Below, piece after piece: positions 22,840 through 29,551 of a DNA stretch of 29,551 nucleotides. Every line of letters starts with the position of its first letter. Position 1 is the first letter of the stretch. The DNA lies in IMG/VR virus record IMGVR_UViG_3300027796_000281, positions 1 through 29,551 of that record; one strand, given 5' to 3'. Source of the stretch: a virus (lineage: Duplodnaviria > Caudoviricetes). The position numbers and the translations under genes are program-made. A model generated the notes under the pieces. That model was given only the letters and a program-made list of their open reading frames with translations, did no database searches and had not been told where the DNA came from.

Positions 22840-25134
22840 ATGCTGTTTGTCAACTCAAAGGGCCAGCCAATTATCAGATCCGGACAGGTCTATCCGCGTG
22901 ATTGCGGAAAGTGTCCGTGCGGGGACTGCGGCGAATGCACAACCTCGTGCTATTACTCGGTGCTGCATCACGTCGACGCGGACTATCCGGGTGTGATCGC
23001 GGCCGCGGCGGGCAATGTCTATCATTGTCAATGCACGTATGAGGGTTCGACCTTCGATCTCTATCTGGATGGCACCAGCAAGCCGCTGTCCCAGTTTCGC
23101 GACGGAAGAGTCTGGTATGATCTGGACGATGTGAATCCGAACTATGACGCCGCCGCGAAAACCATTTACGATTCTTATTGTCTCGCCCATCCGGATGACG
23201 CCGCCGGACAGCTTGACGCCTACCAAATATATTTGGAGACGAAAGACAAATACAATCACTACTACAGCGCCGCGGAACTGGAAGGGTTGACCGGACGCTG
23301 GCGCTCGGATACGCCGCTTTCCGCATCCTCGACCTTTACGAACCGCAAGCACGCGCTCGGATTGTTGGGAACCGAACGGCCGCAGTATTACGTAAGCGCG
23401 ACGATGGAAGTAATTTGTAAAAACAAGCCGGAAGAACCTCTTTTCGATACGAACGGAATACGATACCAAAAAGGACTTGAAGGCTGGATCGTCTCGACCG
23501 ACGATTGCGATTTCGGGCCTCCCCGTAAAGCGAAACTGACGCTCGCGTATTTCAATATTTTCAAGTTCACGGCAACGGTGGCAAAGTGGAACGCGACGGC
23601 ACAGCGGTATGAGGAAGTCGACACCTTTGTCCACTGGTCGCAGAACATCACGGATAAGCCCGTGGCGCTCTTCGGCGCGGAGAATGTCACCGTGCTCGGC
23701 GGCAGTCCTTTCCCGCTCGACGCGGCGGGCGTCGCGGCGAATAATGTCCCGGACTGGATGGACCCGGACTGGCACTGGAGTGACCACAGGGATCCGTCCG
23801 TTGCGATCCAGCCGCCCGACTTTTACCAGATCTACAATTTCTATGACGTCAACGGAAACAAGCAATACAATTACTTCCGGCACGCGGGCGACTATGCCTA
23901 TAACGAAAATGAGCGCACAATCGCGCTGACGGATTTCGACAATAACACCGCTGGCGTCTGTTACTTCGGCAACACCACGTGCGAGAATTCCGCCTGCAAC
24001 ACCGATCTGCTGTTTACAGACGTTCAGGTAATTGTTACAAGCGGAACCCAGACCGATCCGTCCGTGGACGCGACCGGCGACATCGACATCGTTCGCCAGA
24101 TCGTTTCCGGCACCGGCAGCGACGGCAGCACGATCGGCGGCGACGTGACCGGAGGCGACGTGACCGGAGGCGACGACGGATCGACTACGACCACGATCAA
24201 CGTCGACAATGGAACAAACACGACGGTCATAACCATCGAGACAACTCCCAACAGCGACGGATCAAGCACGACTACCATCACCATCGACAACGGATTCGAC
24301 GCGCCAACGGTCATAACCATCGAGACAACTCCGCCAGACGATAATGGTTCCAGCAGCTCATCCGGATCGGCCACCACCGGCGATGGAGACAGCAGCTCGG
24401 TGGGCGGTTCGACCACGACCAACGACGACGGCTCGACCACCACCGTCATTGTCATCGACGGAGGCGACGACGCGGATACCACCATCACGATCGATACGGA
24501 TCCGAACGACAACGGCGACGGCGGAAGCACGTCGGACGTCACGGTCGACGACGGGGATGGAGAGGAAGAGGAATATCACATCGTCATCACTCCCGTCGAT
24601 CCGTGGACCAAGGAAAAAGTGCCGCAGAAGGATCCGTGCCGGGTCGGAAACCAGCACGTCCACTACAGGATCGACTATACGGTCAATGTAGCGAGCGATT
24701 TCCCGGACTATGAAGGATATACCGAGACCCGCTGGACGGAAGGTATTGGCATTATGTATGGTTCCGTACTGGACCCGGATCATACTGCTTTTTATCGTGT
24801 ATCATTTAATGGGGAACCCGAGGTTATTGAAGAAAGTTCCGTTGCTAAATGTGAGGGCAGCAAATCGTCGGACTGCACGAAGTGGCTGATGGATACAATC
24901 GGAGTGGGTTTTGCTGTCTCGGGAGGCGGCGGATATCGCTTCAATATCGACCCGCAAACCAATCAAATTGTGACTTTTTCGGTGCCGAAAAAAGGGCTGT
25001 ATTTTTATGGCACGATCGAGTATGCGGCGACAGGATCCAGAACGGAGGAGTTTGCCGGACAGTATTATACCTATACAAAAAGCGTTCAGTTTGTATGCAC
25101 CGTCCGGAAAGAAACCGACATGAGCTTTGAATAA
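22840..25134 (+). CDS. Large putative tail protein with Cys-rich N-terminus and acidic T/D/G/S repeat block
   Basis: DCGKCPCGDCGECTTSC; low-complexity block at ~24000-24600. Confidence 0.7.
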   Translation: MLFVNSKGQPIIRSGQVYPRDCGKCPCGDCGECTTSCYYSVLHHVDADYPGVIAAAAGNVYHCQCTYEGSTFDLYLDGTSKPLSQFRDGRVWYDLDDVNPNYDAAAKTIYDSYCLAHPDDAAGQLDAYQIYLETKDKYNHYYSAAELEGLTGRWRSDTPLSASSTFTNRKHALGLLGTERPQYYVSATMEVICKNKPEEPLFDTNGIRYQKGLEGWIVSTDDCDFGPPRKAKLTLAYFNIFKFTATVAKWNATAQRYEEVDTFVHWSQNITDKPVALFGAENVTVLGGSPFPLDAAGVAANNVPDWMDPDWHWSDHRDPSVAIQPPDFYQIYNFYDVNGNKQYNYFRHAGDYAYNENERTIALTDFDNNTAGVCYFGNTTCENSACNTDLLFTDVQVIVTSGTQTDPSVDATGDIDIVRQIVSGTGSDGSTIGGDVTGGDVTGGDDGSTTTTINVDNGTNTTVITIETTPNSDGSSTTTITIDNGFDAPTVITIETTPPDDNGSSSSSGSATTGDGDSSSVGGSTTTNDDGSTTTVIVIDGGDDADTTITIDTDPNDNGDGGSTSDVTVDDGDGEEEEYHIVITPVDPWTKEKVPQKDPCRVGNQHVHYRIDYTVNVASDFPDYEGYTETRWTEGIGIMYGSVLDPDHTAFYRVSFNGEPEVIEESSVAKCEGSKSSDCTKWLMDTIGVGFAVSGGGGYRFNIDPQTNQIVTFSVPKKGLYFYGTIEYAATGSRTEEFAGQYYTYTKSVQFVCTVRKETDMSFE

Positions 25135-25145
25135 AGGAGTTTGGT

Positions 25146-25520
25146 ATGGCCTGTCATTGTCACGGAAAAGAGGGGATCGAGGCGGTCGAGCCGAAGCCCC
25201 TCGACCAGTGCACTGTCTGCGCGAAGAAACACATCGACAAGGCGCATGCGCTCTGGTCCGAGTTTTTATATACCCAGGCGAACCGCCGGCAGATCCACGG
25301 ACAGCTCCGGCTGGCGGTGGACCATCTGATGTATGACCACCGCCTGACCGCGATCCTCGCGCGTGACGTCGCGCAGAAGATCGAGCTCAACCGGGACGCC
25401 GAACTCAAGGACGCGTGGGAGCGTCTCGCCGAGGCGGTCGACGCGGATTTCTACGCCGACCATCCCGACGCCCTCGAACGCCTGAACCGGCTGCAAGCCA
25501 GCAAGGAGACCCTTTCATGA
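25146..25520 (+). CDS. Cys/His-motif small protein
   Basis: MACHCH, CTVCAKKH; AAGGAG RBS. Confidence 0.7.
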   Translation: MACHCHGKEGIEAVEPKPLDQCTVCAKKHIDKAHALWSEFLYTQANRRQIHGQLRLAVDHLMYDHRLTAILARDVAQKIELNRDAELKDAWERLAEAVDADFYADHPDALERLNRLQASKETLS

Positions 25521-26602
25521 TTTATATAGACATCGGCCAACGGGCCTTTTCGGACGCCTCCGGAATGAATATTCTTCCGGAGCCGGACCACACGCGTCTT
25601 TTTCATGGGACCGTGGAGACATTGCGTTTCAAGCTGCTGAGCGGCGGGAGCGCGCTGGTCCTGAATGCGTCCGACACCTTTGTCCTGAAGATCGACAGCG
25701 ACTTCGACGACACGACTCCCCTGATGGCGTACTCCACAGTCTTCACGATCGTGGACGCCGCCGCCGGAATCATCGATGTGACGGTCAACCTGACTGCCGA
25801 CGCGTTCGGCGCCAAGGTCGGGACGGCGGTCTTCATCAAGTCGTATCTGCGTCTGGAACGGTATCTTGCCGGCGTGATTACTCCGTCCGTGCTGGTGCAG
25901 GACACGATCTTCACTTTCAATTCCATCGATTCGATCGCCGCGCTTCCGCAGCCGGACGATCCCGAGTATTACAGCGCCGCGCAGGTGCAAGCCCTGCTCG
26001 CCGCGCTTTTCGACTTGGGCGACCCTTACGATTTCACGACGACCGCCGAGACCGGCGAGACCATGACCTTTGCCGCGGCGGCTCTCGGCGTGGACGCGGA
26101 GTCCTGCGACTTCGAAGTCGTTCAGGTGCTCGAGACCGAAAAGAAGACGGTCACCGGCGATGCCGCGATCTCCCGCAAATGGACGTCCGCGGGGTATGTG
26201 GTGAGTTATGCCGGGGGCTGGCCCGCTGGGACGTGGCAACTCCGCGCCGGAAAGGTCAAGGGCGACGACGGCCGCGACGGCATGGTCTACGACCGTGAAA
26301 CCATGAGCGGCGTCACGATCACAGCGTCCGCGACGCCGAAGACGCATTACTACACGGCCCACAGCGGCGATGTCCTGGTAACCAACTGGACAGCGGTCAG
26401 CGGCAAGGACGCCACCATCTGGCTCAAGCTGACCATGCCGTCTACACCTGTGACAATAACGCTCCCTGCAGACATTACCGCGTGGCGCGACGATTTCGGT
26501 AACGCCGCTTCCGCGCCCGACATGAGCACGGCGGGGACTTACTGGATCTTCATTCACAAGGACGCCGCACAGATATGGGCGACGGGAAAGAAGGTGTCAT
26601 GA
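25517..26602 (+). CDS. Putative baseplate/fibre adaptor protein (BppU-like N-terminus)
   Basis: ATGA coupling; LRFKL..IVDAAAGIIDVTV; KGDDGRDG linker. Confidence 0.55.
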   Translation: MIYIDIGQRAFSDASGMNILPEPDHTRLFHGTVETLRFKLLSGGSALVLNASDTFVLKIDSDFDDTTPLMAYSTVFTIVDAAAGIIDVTVNLTADAFGAKVGTAVFIKSYLRLERYLAGVITPSVLVQDTIFTFNSIDSIAALPQPDDPEYYSAAQVQALLAALFDLGDPYDFTTTAETGETMTFAAAALGVDAESCDFEVVQVLETEKKTVTGDAAISRKWTSAGYVVSYAGGWPAGTWQLRAGKVKGDDGRDGMVYDRETMSGVTITASATPKTHYYTAHSGDVLVTNWTAVSGKDATIWLKLTMPSTPVTITLPADITAWRDDFGNAASAPDMSTAGTYWIFIHKDAAQIWATGKKVS

Positions 26603-27330
26603 TGCTTTTTCCGACTCCGTTTTCTCCGATCCCGATTCAAACGCTCGGCGACGTCTCCGCGATCATGATCGAGATCACCGCAGCGCACATTTCAGGCGGG
26701 ACGGCGTATCATACTTTTTTCATCGTTGCAACTGCCGGGTGCAAGGTCTACTGGGGAGACGGCGCAAGCAGCACATTGTCCGCCGGGACAAACACCTGCA
26801 CCCACACTTACGCGGGCGCGGGTTGTTATCTGATCCAGATCAAAGGGGCGCACACAAGGCTTTACCACGGAACCGGAAGCACAGCCGCAAAAGTCATCGA
26901 GGCGGTCAAACTTTACAGTGGAGTGACCTCCTGCGCGAGCTCTTTTAGAGATTGTTTAAACAGTAAGTTTAAGATGGGGAATGGGCTTCGGTTTCATAAC
27001 GGAATTACGGATTGCCTATATGCTTTCTTGAACAGTTCGATAAAAAGAATTGCTCCCGGCTTTACGCTTCCTGCCACCTGCTCAAATTTTTATGGAATGT
27101 TTCAGAATGATACAGAGCTTGAGTCTGACATTTCGAACATTATCCCGGAGTGGCCGCCCGGAAGGACCATCACACTTTCATATGCGTTTTTTTATGCACA
27201 AAAAGTGACCGGGACGCTTCCCGCGTCAAAGCTGTGGGGCAGGACGGACATCACATGGATACCTACACAGGCCTTCACGAGCGCAACCCATCTGACAAAC
27301 TACGCCTCCATCCCGGCCGGATGGAAATAA
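26599..27330 (+). CDS. PKD-like plus BspA/DUF285-like repeat protein
   Basis: VYWGDG..THTYAGAGCYLIQIKG; repeats TSCASSF, TDCLYAF, NFYGMF, TLSYAF; ends LTNYASIPAGWK. Confidence 0.65.
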   Translation: MMLFPTPFSPIPIQTLGDVSAIMIEITAAHISGGTAYHTFFIVATAGCKVYWGDGASSTLSAGTNTCTHTYAGAGCYLIQIKGAHTRLYHGTGSTAAKVIEAVKLYSGVTSCASSFRDCLNSKFKMGNGLRFHNGITDCLYAFLNSSIKRIAPGFTLPATCSNFYGMFQNDTELESDISNIIPEWPPGRTITLSYAFFYAQKVTGTLPASKLWGRTDITWIPTQAFTSATHLTNYASIPAGWK

Positions 27331-27342
27331 GGAGGAAACATT

Positions 27343-27730
27343 ATGGCATGGAAAAAAAATAAATGAAAATGGCACGCTGAGCGATCCGCCGCACAACAAC
27401 GGCCACCGGATCAATGTGCATCTTGATCCGGAGTGGCTGGCGGCCAATGGATATGTCGACATGACAGACGAAGAGATCGCCCAATACTCGACGACCACGA
27501 CGATGGTACAGACCGTCTTTACAAAGCTCCAGATACGCCGGGCGATGCGTGCGCTGGAGATGGAGCCGGTTCTGGACGCCATCCTTGCCGGCAACGCCAC
27601 CTTCGCGGCTGACTGGGCCGACGCCCAGGAGATCGATCTCGCCGATCCGGTCTTTGCTTCCGCGATTGCCGCCGCGGGGATCACCGCCGAACAGATCGAT
27701 GCCGTCAAAACCAAAATTCTGGAAGGATAA
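27343..27730 (+). pseudogene. Tail-fibre-associated small protein interrupted by a frameshift in an A8 run
   Basis: GGAGG RBS and ATG 27343; A8 at 27352-27359 gives MAWKKNK*, whereas A7 gives MAWKKINENGTLSDPP.. in frame with ORF 27416-27730. Confidence 0.7.
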
Positions 27731-27733
27731 GAA

Positions 27734-29551
27734 ATGAGAAAACTGTTTGCGATTTTTCTTTTGCTCGCGCTTTGCATGGTCGTGCTGACCGGAGAAAAAC
27801 GAATCGTAGGAGCGCGCGTCAATAATCAGCTTATGCTTCTCCGGATCGACCTCGCGAACTACGCGATGGACTGCTCCGTCGACGGGACAAGCTGGAATGC
27901 TGTCAGACTTGACTGGTCGAATGTGCTGAATGCGTCCGGCATGGCCATGTTGACCGGTGCGGCCTTTACGGGCAATGTCTCCGTTGCCGGTACGTTTACC
28001 GCTTCCGGAACGCTTGTGGTGCCAAACAACGCTTTTTCGCTTTCCAAGCTCGCACAGGTTTCGGCCGGATCGGTCCTCGGCAATGTCAGCGGATCGACCG
28101 GAAATGTGTCTGTTCTGACTGCTTCTGAGCTTAAAACTCTGATTGGAAACGCGACCGCTTCTGTTGTCGGACTGATGTCCGCAGCAGACAAGAGCAAGTT
28201 GGACGGACTGTCGACGGTAGCCACATCGGGCAGCTATTCCGACTTGAGCGGAAAACCGACTGTCGCGACGAATTCCGTTGCCGGATTCATGTCCGGCACG
28301 GACAAGACAAAGTTGGACGGGCTCGTTTCCGGCTACCGAGGATACTATGCGACCGAGTCCGCGCTGAAAGCGGCCCATGCCACCGGAACGAACGGAGATT
28401 ATGCACTGATAGGCGAAACGGGCACCGTCTGGGCGTGGATCGGGTCCGCGTGGACCAATACGTCCATCACTTCGCTTTCGTGGTCTGCCGTCACCGGCAA
28501 GCCGACTTTTGCAACCGTGGCCACTTCCGGAAGCTATGGCGACCTGTCCGGCAAACCAGCCATTCCTTCCAGGGCTGTACAATATTATACCGGGACGGTC
28601 GCGGATGATGGAACCATTACTCTGGATAACAGTGTGGCTGTGTCCGCTCTCGCCATCGGCGATCTGGTTCGGATCACGAGCGCCAATGCCACCCTCGGAA
28701 TTGCCATCGGCGATCTTTACCGGAAGAATGCCGACAGCGCAACCGTGACGGTGCCGGATCCCTCGAAAGTCAACGTTCTCGGAAATTATTCCGGATCCGG
28801 CACATATATTCATTGGAACCCATACACGCTGCAAAGCGGCACCGGATCAAGCCGAATCTGGATGTCGAGCAACGGCACATACTGGGTCGGTTATAGACAA
28901 ATTGGAGGATATAATGGATGGCAGATATACTATATGTACATGGTATACGCAAGCGCCATTGACGATGGGACGCATGATCCGTGGGATTCGTCGCTCACGT
29001 GGGTTACGGATACAGGAGCAAGCGGCAGCACGAACATTCATGTGGGAGAAGGCACCAGCGATCAGACCGTCACAAACAATATTGTCCAATTCAAAAAGGT
29101 GATGGATGCAACGCTGACCGCTTTGACCGTTCCTTATCTGGATGCTTCAAAGAATCTGACCTCCAGTACCGTAACACCGACGGAGCTTGGATATCTTTCC
29201 GGTGTTACGTCCGCCGTTCAGACACAGATGAACGGACTCGAAGAGTTGACAAAAACAGTTTCAGTCAACCCTCAGACCGGCACAAGTTATACACTTGTCC
29301 TTGCGGACCGGGGCAAGCTGGTCACGATTTCCAATGCGTCTGCAAACACCTTGACGATCCCGCTGAATTCGAGCCTGGCATATCCTACAGGAACCTGGAT
29401 CGATGTCGTCAATATCGGCGCCGGGGCTTGCACGGTGACGGCGATAAGCGGCGTTACGCTGAACGGAACGGACGGCGGGACAAAGGCCATCTCCCAATGG
29501 TCTGGAACGAGACTTTACAAAATCGCCTCAGACACATGGGTCGCAAGGTAA
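27734..29551 (+). CDS. Tail-fibre-like protein with N-terminal signal-peptide-like sequence
   Basis: Fibre repeats GLMSAADKSKLDG, VATSGSYSDLSGKP, TELGYLSGVTSAVQTQ, QTGTSYTLVLADRGK; N-terminus MRKLFAIFLLLALCMVVLTG. Confidence 0.8.
   Translation: MRKLFAIFLLLALCMVVLTGEKRIVGARVNNQLMLLRIDLANYAMDCSVDGTSWNAVRLDWSNVLNASGMAMLTGAAFTGNVSVAGTFTASGTLVVPNNAFSLSKLAQVSAGSVLGNVSGSTGNVSVLTASELKTLIGNATASVVGLMSAADKSKLDGLSTVATSGSYSDLSGKPTVATNSVAGFMSGTDKTKLDGLVSGYRGYYATESALKAAHATGTNGDYALIGETGTVWAWIGSAWTNTSITSLSWSAVTGKPTFATVATSGSYGDLSGKPAIPSRAVQYYTGTVADDGTITLDNSVAVSALAIGDLVRITSANATLGIAIGDLYRKNADSATVTVPDPSKVNVLGNYSGSGTYIHWNPYTLQSGTGSSRIWMSSNGTYWVGYRQIGGYNGWQIYYMYMVYASAIDDGTHDPWDSSLTWVTDTGASGSTNIHVGEGTSDQTVTNNIVQFKKVMDATLTALTVPYLDASKNLTSSTVTPTELGYLSGVTSAVQTQMNGLEELTKTVSVNPQTGTSYTLVLADRGKLVTISNASANTLTIPLNSSLAYPTGTWIDVVNIGAGACTVTAISGVTLNGTDGGTKAISQWSGTRLYKIASDTWVAR

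Larger units (their letters stand above)
243..29551. mobile_element. Mu-like transposable prophage (divergent B3/BcepMu-type organisation, probably non-contractile tail), internally deleted or mis-joined at ~10547; right end lies outside the window
   Basis: MuA-like DDE transposase, MuB-like ATPase, Gam, GemA, DUF935-type portal, MuF, gpG, gpI, gpT and gp36 in Mu-like order. Left boundary is uncertain (TG at 136, 243 or 245). Confidence 0.93.

Noticed and set aside
24180-24340. Diversity-generating retroelement template/variable repeat pair
   Set aside because: The repeats are in-frame internal duplications without adenine-specific differences, and no reverse transcriptase is in the window.

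Overview
The window holds most of a Mu-like (transposable) prophage with a divergent, B3/BcepMu-type layout. A leftward early operon (~10.5 kb to 0.4 kb, minus strand) encodes HTH regulators, a Gam-like protein, DDE transposase A, transposition ATPase B, accessory genes (DUF3310, ASCH, GemA) and two DNA methyltransferases, and ends at a terminator next to a repeat-rich probable left end. A rightward late operon (10.5 kb to the window end) encodes portal, MuF, gpG, protease/scaffold, decoration, gpT capsid, connector and tail genes with no recognisable sheath, followed by fibre-like genes. The two halves join abruptly at ~10547 between two 5'-truncated genes; no terminase, lysis genes or repressor/ner region can be recognised, which points to a deletion or a mis-assembly. 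The main observations are: (1) a stand-alone 46-aa glycyl-radical peptide resembling the class III ribonucleotide reductase (NrdD) C-terminus; (2) a C5 methyltransferase apparently split over two fully overlapping frames (EcoHK31I alpha/beta style); (3) MuF fused to an ADP-ribosyltransferase domain plus a candidate immunity gene; (4) an exact 35-bp repeat pair with a 32-bp spacer at the left end (mini-CRISPR-like array or transposase sites); (5) an 8-nt-period repeat family in front of four genes; (6) a large structured leader upstream of the adenine methyltransferase; (7) a tail-fibre-like protein with an N-terminal signal peptide. All family calls come from motif recognition by eye; no database search was run.
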